NCBI GenBank assembly: GCA_963920595.1
Contig: OY986949.1
Coordinates: 1,984,001 to 2,048,000 of the forward strand
Reading direction: 5' to 3'
Source: Eimeria praecox
Lineage: Eukaryota
DNA: 64,000 nt
Part shown: piece after piece, positions 12,585-25,659 of the stretch
Numbering within the stretch: position 1 is the first letter of the stretch
Layout: every line of letters starts with the position of its first letter
Made by a program: the position numbers and the translations under genes
Notes under the pieces: generated by a model
Database searches by the model: none
What the model was told of the DNA's origin: nothing
The model's input: only the letters and a program-made list of their open reading frames with translations

Positions 12585-15500
12585 ATGAGCGCTCCGCCTC
12601 TACAAGATCCGCCTATGGTGGGCATGCCAGCCCATGCGGGGGCTCAGGGGGGAGCAGTTCCTTTTGCAAAGCGCAGCATGCACCTCCTTTCACAGAGCCG
12701 TCTTATTACAGATGGCACAGCCCATCACTTCATTCTTTGTTCCCCCGCAGAGGCGGTGGACATGGCGGCGGTCCAGCGCCAGTGCTCGGTGTCCACGCCA
12801 AAAGGGGCAGAAGGCGTCACTCTCTATCATGCGCCGTATTCTGGGGGGTCGGGACGGCGGGTAGTTGCAGTTTCTGTCCCCATTTCCCTTGCAGCCTCTT
12901 CAGTCTTAGCAATGGAACTCCTCAAGAAAAGCCTATTTGCGTGGGAAGACGAGCTCAATGCATCTTTTGGAGCCATGGACGAGGACGAGGACCCAGCCGG
13001 TGCAGGCGATGTGGCCGCAGTAAGACAGCAAGGTGCAACGGCAACAGCTGGTAGTGCTGCGGCTGCCAGCGTTTCCGCAGGCCAGCCAGTGGGACACCAG
13101 CAGGTAGCTCCTGCATCCGGAAACGCGGTCGATGCTGCCACAGGGGCAGTAGGCTGTGGGGCCCCTATGCGGGGGCATGCAGGGCCTAGCGCCGGGACAG
13201 CCCCACAAGGCGTGGCAGGGACTCCCAATCAGCCAAGCTCTGGGGGTCAGCGGCCGACCTTATTCAACCTGCTGGAGGCATTGGCGAGTGACAGTGTAAC
13301 GACTCCAGACCAGCGAAACTCTATCCGTGGAATTGTAACGGATTTTCTGAACCACGACCTCCCTCATTCAAAAGTGTACAGTTTCATTGGGGCTGTTGTT
13401 GGCCACGATGTGCTCCATACGATCGTGAGAAAGCTCGAGAACGAACCGGGAAGACTTGGGGTACCTGATGCGGGGGGGCTGGCGAGAATAGAGAAGGCTT
13501 TCGGGCTTAGCAAAACGACAAACCAACAACCGGCTCACAGTCCTCAGCCCTCAGGTAAGGAGGCCTCGTTTGACTGCAAGGCTGCAGTTGCAGCTGTGAG
13601 GAGTGGTTGGTAGGGTTAGATAGAGCGCTGGCTATTCCGTCCCTTGTGGGCATTTGCATGCGCTTCATTAATGCTTCTCTTGTTTTAGTGTGCGTTGCTT
13701 GCGTGACATTTTTGCCGAACAGGGAGTGCTAGCAGCACAACGCCCCATGGTGTCGTTGCAGGGGCGGCCCGATCGGCAGTGGGGGTTCCCCAAGATCAGC
13801 AGCAAACGACCAGTGGAGCTTTTGACGGTGGGGCGTCAGGCCCAGGTCCCACGAGTAGAGATGCCATCCTTAGGATGATCCGACGCAACCTTGACTCAAG
13901 GCGGATGCCGCCACAGAGCACAAAGGATGGTAAGTAGATGCTTTTGGAAGGAGCGGCCGCTGTGTTAGTAGCATCAGTGGAAAGAACCGCTGCAAGAGCA
14001 AGAACAGCAGCCGGATAAGCGGGGATAACGAAAGGTATTGCGCATGGCTTGAAGCGGGGCAGCGTCCATCGTTGTTTCGCTACACAGTGTGGTTTTGTCT
14101 GTGCGACTACTGATGCAGTATTCGAGAAGGTTCGTTGGCTTCCAGTGCGGCGCCCTCTGACTCCCGTCCCTGTGTTCGGGCACACGCTGATATCTTTCAG
14201 CAATAAGGCTATATTCTTTGGGGGGACAAACGAAAGGGGAGAAGGCGTAAGCTTTCGCAGTGCCTGCGTTATAAACCTGAATTTCTTCTCATCCCGCATA
14301 TTTGTTTTCTGCGGAGAATATCCATCTGAAAGGGACGGCCACAGCACAAACGGTCTAACGTTGCAGCACAGCCCTGGTGTGATTCTTTTCGGGGGCCTGT
14401 CGGGTAATCACTTTTGCAATGATGTCTATATTCTGGAGTTGGATTTCAAGAGGTGAGGGAAGGAACGGGCCGAATCGCTGCGATGAGGGACAGGCTTTAT
14501 TGCTGTGCTTTCTAACCAAGCAGCTCAAATGCGTTTGAGTGTTCATATCATATAGATGGCGAAGAGCCAAAGCTTTATTGGGTTGTGTGGCCACAGGATT
14601 CCATCGTGAAATCCACCAACATGCTCGAGTCTAGTGTGCTGTTGATATTGCATGTGCTCAGATGGGTGCGGAAGCATCCAGCTGGGCTGCCCCCAGCACC
14701 GCGAGACCAGCATGCGGCCTCAGTTTTCCCCGCCAAGACGGAAACAGGGAATTGGCGGGATAGCAGCTCAGACAATCTTTCGGAGTTTCTGTTTGTTTTC
14801 GGTGGACGGACAGGGTAAGTGTTGGGGTTGACAGTCGAGAATGCCATATGACAGTCCAGTGATGAACTTCACAGGAAGACGAGGCCGTCAGAAGCGGATG
14901 CGTGACGGTAGTGTCTCTTTATGCATGCAGTCTGTCCTGCTTTGGGTTGATTTTCTGTGCAGTAACCCAAGCGTCTCATTCCATTGCTTGAATGACATGT
15001 GGGCTTTGCATATTCCGAGCAACACGTGGACTGAAGTTCGTGTGGGGGACACGAAACCACCGCCTCGATACGGCTTTTCCATGATATGGTCGGAAGACCT
15101 TCACCTGAGCTTGTTTGGAGGAGAGACGCATGGTGCAAACGGGAGGGTCTCGTGCCGGGAGCGAGTGCTGCTTGAGGACTTCTGGCACTTCAAGATTAAG
15201 GATATAGTGAATGAGGCACACTCTGGACCAGTAGTCGTAGGAGAGTGGCAGCAGGAGATATACGAAGGGAAAATTGGCCCACGTTCCCACTACGCAGCGA
15301 TCTTCATCACTCAGCGCTACCAGGAGCCTGTAAGGCTTACCCTTAACATTTTTTGCCCGCTTCACCTCGGGGAAGCACAGGGTAGAACATTTCTGTTGTG
15401 GTGCATGGCCTGAGCGTGGTTCATTGTGTCTTTTTGTCCCTTGACCTACAGAGGGCAGAGCCACGAACAATCGAGCGGCTCATGTTAATAACTAGTGGTG

Positions 15501-18500
15501 TGACAACGGTGATGGAAGGTGGCCGGGCCCGAGCCACGGAGACTGACCAGATTAGTGTGTACTTCTTTTCCAAAAAGCAGTGGTACACTGTCAAGCCCCG
15601 GTATCCAGCGGACTATGTGGGGGAGCCATTTGGTGCCAGGCAGCGTCACGTCGCCTGCTTTTTCGAGACTCACAACCCACTTGCCAGGCCTTCCCGCCCT
15701 CCGGTTCCGTGCTTATTCATTCATGGCGGGTTCCGGCGGCATCAGGTGCGCGCATTTATCCAAGAGCTGATTTTTAAAGGGGAACCAGTAGGATTTGGGC
15801 TATGTAGGGCTTCTACAAATCACGTAGATACCAGATAATGCCCTTTGTTGCCTGCGCAGGTGCTTGGAGATGCTTGGGTTTTGTCGCTTACGGGAGATGA
15901 CCCCTACAAGGGGCTGATGGCACAGGGGGGCCCGGGCGCGGTCTCTTGCCCAGTTGGGGGAGAGTCCTTACATTCGCATCTCATGGGGCATGGCATCAAC
16001 TCAATGCGAATGACACCCTCATGGTACCAACGGGACACTCACACCCCTGGCATCCTTTGGGCACTTTGCAGTCAGCAGAGATGGCTTATGGGGGCCATCG
16101 CACAGCTGGTTGACAACGCCATGCACCCGTCTGTAGGCTGCCGCAACGTTTGGATCAAATTCGAAGAAACTCCCGACAAAGACCCCATGCTCTCTGTACA
16201 AGACGACGGGCAGGGACTAGACTACCCGGCAATGAATAAACTTTTGCGCCTTTATGGCAGCTTTGAGCCGGGAGAGCGCCGCCGAAGTATGTTTCTTTGT
16301 GCACTTGTCCCGATGTTCTTTCTTTGATTAGGCAACGGTGCAGCGCACACACCTTTGTGCCCCCAGTGTGGGCTCTGGCTCTTCATCCTTGGTGTTGCCA
16401 TCTTGTTTGTTTGTGGATGCCCGCAGAGGGATACGAATATGGCTGCGGTTTCAAGATGGCTTATGGGCGGATTGCGTCAAGCTGCGCCATAATGTCCAGG
16501 ACTCAAGGAACTATCGGCATAGGCATGCTGTCCCTGGAACTTATGGGTCACTGTGACGCTCGGGAAATTGCAGCGCCTGTAGGTCCCGTTTGCAGCATGC
16601 CTGTTGCCACCCTTTTGCTTAGCTCACTGCCAGATTAGTTGGTGGTAGTCATTGACAGACGGCTGAAACACTGTGCTGTGCATGCAGATGTGCATGTGGC
16701 GTTTGCCAAACAAGGAGCTCATCAATAGGGACCCCAATAACATGGCAGATCACCGTCACCATCAGCGCCTGCTGATGACGTAGGCCAATACGATTAATTA
16801 GTCTGCGCACAGAGCGATTGACAGCAAGCTGAGAAATAGCATACATTTCTACCAAAATCACTTGCCGCCGCCCAGTTCTACGGGAGGCGGTTCCAGGTTA
16901 TTGACCGGTCAAGTAAGTATGGATGCAACTTTAAGACGTGCCCGCCTGCTTGTTCCTTGTGGTCCGTTTGATAACAGATACACTCCTTTCACAACCCCAT
17001 CTCTTTTGGCGGAGCAAATAAACGTGTTGGGTACTATGCCGGGATCTCGCATGGTGTTTTGGGATCTTCGAGACGACCTGGATTCCCTGGTGGTGGACCC
17101 GCGAGATAACATGATGTACCTTTCATCAGCGCCAGATGTTCGTTTGCCAAGCCAGGGGAGGTGTGGAAGCTCTCCCTTGTCAAGGAACGGGGAGTCTGCG
17201 GTTTCCTCTTCTGATGTGAAGACGGCAGACCAGACTAGCGCCACTACTGGGGCACCTGTGACGGAAGGCAAGCCCTCGGAGGCCCATGGGATACCGAACG
17301 GATTGGCCTCAGAAGTTTCGGGAAAGGGAAATGATGAAAGGCCGCAAACAATTCGAGATCCTTGCCGACCGCCCGTCGATGAAACTGCTGCGGCAAATGC
17401 TCATGTAGGGCCTGATATGTTGGATGTGGACGAAGATGGGAAGCCACTGAACACCCCTGTGCAGACTGGCCCCAGCTCCATCCATGCAGAAGATGGAAGT
17501 TCGGGAGAAGGCGTAAAATCAGAACAGCCAAATGAAACGGGAACAGAACGTGTCAGTCATGGTGATGTTGAGGGGGAGCAAGTCAAGAGCCAGAAGTCTC
17601 TGCCTCCACATTTCCCCCTTTGGACAACTGCGAGGCATTCGCCAGATTACTGCTTAGCCACTTACTTATTTTGGCTTAACTTGCACGCACCAGCCACCGT
17701 TCATGTCCAAGGCATACCCCTCTCACCGCAGCCGTTGAGTTACGGCGGTCGGCAACGGGAGACGCGAGATACTAAGGCGGCATCTGAGGTGACGGAAAGT
17801 ACTGCTGAAACGCACATCAGTAAGGAACAACAAGAGGCGGCAGAGTTACAGGCAGAGGCTGCGAGTGGCCTCATTGCGTCGATTTCCCGGCCTCAGACAG
17901 CCTTGGCAGAGAAGCGATCTGCTGAAGGGGAGCTCATGGGAGACGGCAACCCCATTTCGCCTTCGTTGTACCTTTTCTTGAAGCAGCGTCTTTATGCCCC
18001 GGTAATTTGTTGTTGGTGTTTCCTTACAATGGGGGAGCGCGGCAGCGCACGTTCTGATTGCAAGCGCAATGTGCAGGCTGTTGTTAGTGATGAGTACATT
18101 CCACTTCAGCTTACATTGTGGGACTATTTGTGTGGTGTGGTTTTGCGTGGCGGGTCAGGCAGAACTTTCGTACCTCTTCACCCCAGCAGATCATGATGCT
18201 GGATGTTTCGCGCTGATGGGTTTTCTGAACGACCCAGTTGGCGACTCATCGCAACCCAGGGTTTGTGAGGCAGGGGTTATGCTGTACTTCAAGCAGCGTC
18301 TCATTCGAAGGTTGGAGTGCACGTTTCCCGATGCACCAAAGTACATTGAGGCATCGCGATACCCGCGTGAGTGTCATGGCATGACGTTAACATCGTACGA
18401 GCGTGTGCAGCTTTGGCTTTTGAGGGCGTGGACAACGCTACATGCTGCTTAGAAGTACTTCTGCTTCTTGTTGCGGTGTTTGTGGAATCTTAGCGAGTGA

Positions 18501-19566
18501 GCGCCTCTTTGGACAAGATGGGGAGCCCCCGCAAATATGCCGATATGCCTTTACCGCGGTGATAAATGTACCAGAGTGGATGCTGCCTTCTTTGAACAAG
18601 CAAGAATTCCTTCATGAGAACAACAAGCCGTACCTCAAGTTTAAGGCGAGATGTACGCCGAATCAACCCTGTGGTGCTTTGGGCCCGCCGTGATATTTAA
18701 TCACAGCAGTTCATGAGGTTTATGTGAATGTATACTCTGTGGTGCTTGCTTCCAGGCATGAAGCTGATGCAGGAATATCTTTCTCGTTGCAGGAATCCAC
18801 AAGCGCTGAACACCTGGATCGAACAGAGGTGAGCAAGGATTAGTCGCCCTTTACTCGTTCGGGTTGTACTTCCCTGTGAAAGGGAACTCCTAACGGTTCG
18901 TTGCCACGCAAGGGAACTGGTGTGTGCCCATGCTGAGCTGATCGCAGAGCAAAGCGGCTTAGTGACTACCAAGATATGCAGAGACGCAACAGGCCGAAAC
19001 GCCGCCTCAATGAGGACCTAACAGACGAGGAACAGCCTCGCCGTAGCCCAACTCCGCCGTTGACGCATTCCAGCTCAGGGTACGCGCTGTCGCTTGGCAT
19101 GTTCACTTTGTTCTTTAGTAGTAGTGATAGCAGGGCGACTTATGTGGCTTCCTGCTAACTATTAGTTTGAAGTATTTCTGTCTGCAGGGCCCCAATTTGG
19201 ACGGGACAGCGAGGAAGTAATGCAGGATCTGCGGAGGAAGGCCCTACAGCAGCAAAACAAGTACAGGAAGCGGGTGGGACTGAAGACCCGCCGTCATATA
19301 CGAATGATGGGGAAGTTGCAGGTGAAGATCCGATGGCTGCAGCAGCTCCCGTCAAGAAGGGCGAGCTGGGCACCGAGGATATGGCTCAGGATGGAGCAGG
19401 ACCACCTGCAAGCGTGCCCGACGCCAACTACACTGAGCCTGAAGAGAAGGAGACGAAGGAGGAAGGCGGTGGCGATATCGCCGAAGAAGCAGCAGTTACG
19501 AACAAATCGGAGGAACCCTGGTCTCATGAAGTCGCCCCAGCAAGCGATGCCCCAGGGGCGGATTGA
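12585..19566 (+). CDS. MORC: Apicomplexan MORC (kelch repeats + GHKL ATPase + S5-like region), ~15 exons, ~1,656 aa
   Basis: Exons 12585-13554, 13723-13929, 14119-14452, 14662-14814, 14963-15329, 15452-15745, 15860-16286, 16427-16578, 16688-16779, 16978-18001, 18159-18366, 18494-18652, 18756-18828, 18948-19079, 19188-19566 join in frame. Kelch blades: PSERDGHS..ILFGG..NDVYIL, PAPRDQHAA..FVFGG, PPPRYGFS..LFGG, ARQRHVA..FIHGG. GHKL motifs: GAIAQLVDNA, VQDDGQGLD, GYEYGCGFK. MORC S5-like text: GVMLYFKQRLI, LPSLNKQEF. Confidence 0.92.
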
Positions 19567-20272
19567 AGGAACTTGTGTTTCTTTGTTGTCTAGCACACGT
19601 CGAGCGCCTATGGGGGAGCATCTTCCCCAGGGTAGCTGAGCAGGCATTTCACTGAATGGTACATAGATAACCGTATTGCGTGGTCGGCACACCCATTATC
19701 GCCTGCAGCAAGGCCGCTTCCAGAAGCACCTCGCGGGCAGCGGGCTGGCACAAGGCTGCGCGGGGGACTTGACAACATTACAGGACAGCCTGACGGCGTC
19801 GGGTTGGATATTTAGGCTGTGCTTGCGAGACCCAGGCCAGATGACTAAAGGTCCCCAGCTGGGACAGGAATGCAATGTTTATTGGCGTCTATGGCTGTGT
19901 GTGCACAAAATAGCACGGCGGAGAGCGCAGTTATGCGCCAGCGTCGTCATAGTGGGACATCGCATAGCCATGATTCGTGTAGCTTGAGGATGGCGATGGC
20001 CCGTTTGATTCAAGCTTGGTAGAGGGAGACAAGTGTCCTCTAGGTTGCCTCACCTTTATTTGCTGGGACCACTTTATTAGTAGTTTCCGAGAAGTCCAAA
20101 CGCTGAGAAGTGCGGAGTTGGACAGCACCCGTTCGTATGTACACCGAAGCCCTAAGTAACGGTTGGTGCTGACGTTCGATATTACTATTCGAACATACGG
20201 CTCTGGTGAAAATCAACAACGCTTGTGCAAAGCTTGTGGCATTGCTTTCGAATTACAATCACGATCCCCCTG

Positions 20273-21037
20273 ATGTTCCGCAGAACTTGCACGACACTGC
20301 TCATGGCGCTTGGGATGCGCGACGTTCCGGTCGGGGCCGCAGCAATCGATGCGATATTTTTTATAAGTGTGGCATCTGAGCATCATATAGCTCTTAGCGA
20401 GTGTCATATTTCTTTCTGGACACTCGGCGACTCCACAGACACGTGTAGGGAGGGCTGCTCAGCTGTGGGCGGCGCGCGCATTGGTCTGAACACCTTCGAA
20501 ACTAGTACGTAGTGAGATTGACGCTTGTACATGATTAAGGTGTTGAGTACCACCTGGAGATTTCAGCAGCAGGCCAGACAGCCTGACTTACCTGCTGACA
20601 CTCCAGTGCCCACATGCGACCGTCACCGTCGACACCTGCGCTCTGATTGACTACCAATTGTTTTTGCCGCGTGGCTCGTTTGTCCTCTTAAAGCCCACTG
20701 ACACGCCGGTCAATCTGGGTCGACTGATTGTGGGGCTTCCACGGTGAGTGGCTCGGTCCTGCAAAATGGCCTAACTGGTGAGCAAAGTTATGACTGGCTA
20801 TCTGCTGTCAGGGCGCCAACGCGTGAAGACCAAGGGCGATCCGAGTCAGTTGAATCTAGATGGGAGGCATGGGAGCAAAAATTCCGCAGGTCTGCCTGCC
20901 CCCTTCTACGCACTGTCCCTCCTGCGAACAACTGGATCCTTGCTGCGTATATCGGGTGGATTGTCCTGATAGCACTGGCGTGGATGGTGAAAACGAGCCG
21001 CAGTGACGCTGCGCTCAAACTGGCACAGACCATCTAG
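20273..21037 (+). CDS. Hypothetical small protein with one C-terminal transmembrane helix (~3 exons; 5' end uncertain)
   Basis: Exons ~20578-20743 and 20812-21037 join in frame across GTGAGT..CTAAC..CAG, giving SLTYLLTLQCPHATVTVDTCALIDYQLFLPRG..PR|APTRED..WILAAYIGWIVLIALAWMVK..AQTI*. The upstream exon 20273-20504 is tentative. Confidence 0.45.
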
Positions 21038-21090
21038 AGGATCCGCATGGCCGAGGTCTAGGCAGGGCATGTTCACACGATAAGGAAACA

Positions 21091-23325
21091 TCATAATATT
21101 TCCTGGACGATGACGTGCTCGGTGGTGTAAATGCCAGTAGGAACGCAGTCCTTCCTACCTGCAGGAAGCACAGCATCCCAGGCAAAGCTGGAAATGGCAG
21201 GCCGAAGCGCTATCCCCCAGCTTTCAGACTACTGTCGGTGTTGATTGTGTCAGCTCACAAGTAAAAACTACCACAACTCCCCACTCAACGGGCGCTGCCG
21301 CGGGCGAACGACGCCTATGCACAATACGCAGCGCAGCAAGCTCAGTAGACCTGGGCATTGCCAAATTAGAAACAAAACTCCCTTTCATCCGATACACCAA
21401 ATGCTGAGTAGCCACCTACTGCAGCTAGCTGGTTTTCGTTCCGGTTCTACGAGGTTTCGAATTGTCCCCATGCAATTTTCCAGAATACGTTCAACCTACT
21501 GGGAAGCACCTGCATTCCTCTCGTCCAAAGCCAACTGTTGAAGGCGCGTGCGTGCGGCATACCGTTTTTCAATTTCTTCAGCCGCTGCCGGGACAAGCTG
21601 CATTTCGAACACTCGGCTGCTGCCGCAATGCGGGCAAGGAGGAACTGATGCCACTTCCCCTTTTGGAAGAGGTGATATGAACAGGGGCTTCCCTTCAAAG
21701 CTGTAGCGGATTGCCTGCTTAGGGCTCCTGGAAAGGCGTTTTTGTAGCTTGAGAAAAACCTAATACCAGCAAGAAGTGCATCACCCGAGGTAACAAGGCA
21801 ATATCAGCACAAACCACTTCATGTTTTGAAAAATACGGCGAGATTATGCACATACGAAAGAAGGTTTACGCCAACAGTGTATTTTTTACCTTGTCCGGGC
21901 TTTCTTCATACGCTTCTGCCTCAGCGATGCTGTTCCTGCACGTATACATGAAGGGCGCTGGCCTCTGTTGCACAGAGTCAAGCGCGGTTCTCGCCAGAAA
22001 AGCAGTAAAAGCCCGATTCTAGCGCGCTAGCCTTCATTCGGCAAAAGGAAGCAGCGTCAGACTTACTGATTGCCTTCTGCTTCTTCTGCTGAACCCTGCG
22101 CTTCGCTGCGCCACACGCCCATGCCAACCGATTGGGAAGGTGCAGAGTCACCAAACATACTATGTAGGCATTTTGCCGGAGTTGATTTAACGAGGGCTTA
22201 CCGCTGTTCGTACTCCAGCTGTAGCTGACGCGCCCGCACTCCTGGACAGAGAAAACGACGTGGATTGGCATGTTGTGAGAGCTGGGTCTGCTAGGCGCAT
22301 TCGATTGCATGAAGAGGCACTATTAGAAACTGTAGCAATTACTTTTTGGCGTTTGATGCCCCCCAGTTCTCTGGCTTTCGACAGTTTGCAGAGCCAGACT
22401 ATCTCACTAGCATACCGACAGTATCTGATGCAGAGAGGCTCAATCTGCATTATTAGGTGAAAAGCTAACCTGTAGCGTCGAACTTAGAGTTGTCTGGAGG
22501 CTCATCCTCAATGCGGACGAAGAAAGCTGGCATTAGCTCATCCACCGTTTGTTGCACATCATTATGCCAAGGTGTCTGCGAAACCGGTGCTTCTGGTACG
22601 CACGTCTTCTCATTCTGCCGGCAGCGGTTTTCACTGCAAGAGTTAGAAGGGGCTTCGTAACCAAAAGCCGCTTGGAGCCAGTCAGACGCATCCGTCGTCA
22701 ATGTACCTTGATCTGGCAGTTGGCAATGAGATGAATTATCGCCGATTTTCTCTTCTGCCCTCTCTGGGGCAGGCGGTTCTACAACGCCTCTCACAACCGT
22801 CCAGCCATCAGCTCTCTTTCCGCATGCCGTTTGCTTGTGACACCCGAAAAGGTAAAGACATCGCTTGTTTGCACAGTACGGGGTTGCTCTGTAAAGATTG
22901 GACATAAAAGAGCTTGTGACTGCTTTATCTGGTAGCTGAAGCGGCACCACGGGCTAGCAGAAGGGCTTTCAATTACTGGCGTACGCAGCCTCTTCCCGTG
23001 GGAAGTGGAACGCTTACATTTGGCAAACGAAGTCAAGATCCGCGCCGCATATAGAACAGATGAAGGGGAAACCATCCGGAACTTGGCCATCGATCCAAAC
23101 CTGCATGAAGATGGTGTTGAACAGTTTTCCTTCACTCATTCTACTAGCCTAAATACACCTGTCCCTAGAAACTTCTGTCGTGAGCCTTTTGCAGTAGGGG
23201 AATCAGCTACTGTTCAGGCTTACCGGACGGCCTCCAAATTTGCTTAGGGCTTCTGCTGCTGTGTGGTCGTCGTCAGGGACTTGGTGGCCGACCAACCCGA
23301 TGCGCACAGGCGTTTCACTTGACAT
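21091..23325 (-). CDS. PDCD2/PDCD2L/TSR4-family protein (PDCD2_C domain; uS5-chaperone family), ~9 exons
   Basis: MSSETPVRIGLVG..SKFGGRP|VWIDG..CSICGADLDFVCQ|IATP..RCLYLFGC..GWTVVRG; C-terminal domain FLKLQKRLSRSPKQAIRYSFEGKPLF..PPCPHCGSSRVFEMQLVP..VEWGVVVVFT|CRKDC..YTTEHVIVQEIL*. Confidence 0.9.
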
Positions 23326-24356
23326 ATTACGGTTCTCAGCTATTTCATCTATGCCTTGCACAGCTCCCCAAATTCTGCTTGGGGAACAGGAGTTTGCAGC
23401 AGTGCAACAGGAGTTGGCTACTACAAAAACCGCCCCTTAAGCTATGCCTGCAACAGCCAACACGAGCGAGTTGTACTAAAGCATTGCGGGCAGCTAATTC
23501 CCAACGGAAACAATGTTGACTTCCCAGAAAAGGCCAAACAACATCTTTGAATCTTCCATTAACTTATTCGTTCCCCATTAGGGAGGCATTAGTGTGTTGT
23601 TAATGTACATTCAGGGACACAGCCCCGCAAAGAGTTGGACAGCCCTGCCACTCCGAGGTTGAACAAGCGCTCTCGCTGTGGCCCGGGCATTCACCCTAAA
23701 GGAGAAGGTAACTCTTTTTCAAGGAGGTTGGAATACACCTAATATATATACCCGTCACTCTGCGGCTGTATGCTGGCCTCCAGGTCGATCAACAGATCAC
23801 GTCGGGCACACCAGTCACGAGGCGTCACCACCAAACGAGCTTCATATTTTCCAAACCGTTGTGGTTTCCCGTAGATCAACCGGTAAATTTTCCAGCCCTG
23901 AATTGAGCATGAACCAAGTGGCTCTACTGGCGGACTCACCAACGTGGTTGTTCGGGACCACCCTGCTGCTCGCGCCGTATTGTGGATAGTTGGGTGGTTA
24001 ATTGAGCCGGTCGAAGTGTTTTCTCAGTCGGCTGCAGGAACGCTTGATTTTGGATGCGAATGTTGTGCGTTGCCATGGTTCATGGTGCAGCCGAACTGGC
24101 GACACGGTTCAGGATGTTCTGTGGCCAAGCGTGGGCACTAGCGGTAGTTGGTAGTAATGCCTGCAGACTCCGGGGCTGCATTGGAGCCTGACTCCGGCTA
24201 TGTAATATCTGGGATTTGAAAATTACGGTCAGGTTATCCAGTTTAAACGGCATTCTTGGTGTGCATCTGTGTTCGCCGTTTCAAACTGTGTCATCCTGCG
24301 CAGGGAGTGGATGACATGTGAATTGTAGTTTGGTACATACCTACGACACGGCGAAA

Positions 24357-25659
24357 ATGGCGATGGTAAGCTGGTCTGGGAGGGGGTATGTGATTATATG
24401 GCCGTTATTTCGTGCAGGTTAGCAGGAGACACAGGCAACGTGTTGAAGGGGGCGCGCTCTGCTTGTGCCAGCAAAGCACTTATAGTGTACAGGGAATTGT
24501 GTGATGTGTAACTCAACCCCGTGTGAAACGTGTGAAATAGCCGTCCTTCTACTGTTCTGCACCTGCCGTCCCGTCGAATAGTTGAATAATGACTGATGTG
24601 GGTTTTTTGCAGGATGATCAGGAGGCCCTTGCCCAGATCCAGCAAATGGTGAAGTTCATATTGAACGAAGCCAAGGACAAAGCCCAGGAAATAGAAGCTC
24701 GTGCATTGGAGGACTTCAACATTGAGAAGCTAAAGCTCGTTCAGCAGATGAAGGACAAGATTCGTCAGGAGTTTGACAAGAAAGCCAAAAAGCTCGAAGT
24801 GCAGCGTTCTATGTAGGTGCCACGCCAAAAATGCGTTAAAATTGCAAACTTATGCCCAGCCAGAGCATTCTTGTGAATTTGCGCATTGTTGAAGAGCTGT
24901 CTGTGCTGCCGTAGTGACCGATCCACGGCCATTAACAAGGCACGCCTCCGCCGAATCGCTGCGCAAGAGCAAGTGGTGAACGAAGTGTATGCGCAGTCTC
25001 AGAAGCAGCTGGCTGCAATAAGTTCCGATACGGCTAAGTACAAGGAGCTCCTTGTGGACCTCATTGTGCAGGTGGGTACTCCTTGCACTTTGCACGCCAT
25101 GCGTGTGATCCATTTAGGCGCGTAGAGATGTGAACTTGGACGTGACGTGATTTGCGGCTTCAGGGTTTGCTGCGCCTCTTGGAATCCGAAGTAGTTATCA
25201 GGTGTCGTGAAATGGACAGGGCAGTCGTGGAGAGTATTCTTCCGACTGCTGCAGCAAAATACAGCAAGATCCTCAACGATGAAGCAGGGCTGAAGAAGAC
25301 AGTTAAACTTTCCATTGACAAGTTGGGAAGGTATCTCCCACCGCCTCCTTCTGGCGACAGCTCAGTGCCTTCTTGGTAAGTCAAGCACGTTCACGATTTG
25401 TACGCAGGCGTGTGGTAGTTCGGTATAACAGGACCACATCTGACGGTTGTTGCTGTGGGGGTTGGGCACACGGTTTGAATGAAGTTACGTTTACCTTTTG
25501 CCCGTGTTGCGCTTGCTCAGCTGTGGCGGTGTTATATTGCTGACTGCAGACGGAAGAATATCGTGTGACAATACTCTGGATGCACGCTTGAGAATGGTTG
25601 TCACGGAGTGCTCGCCGGCCATTCGCATGCATCTCTTCACAACTCCAATAAAGCACTGA
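24357..25659 (+). CDS. ATP6V1E: V-type proton ATPase subunit E, 5 exons
   Basis: Exons 24357-24365 (MAM), 24613-24812, 24915-25071, 25164-25375, 25521-25659. Reads DDQEALAQIQQMVKFILNEAKDKAQEI..FNIEKLKLVQQ..CCGGVILLTADGRISCDNTLDARL. Confidence 0.97.

Noticed and set aside
18641..18655. Possible GC donor (AAG|GCGAGA) in MORC
   Set aside because: A canonical GT donor at 18653 gives the in-frame join.
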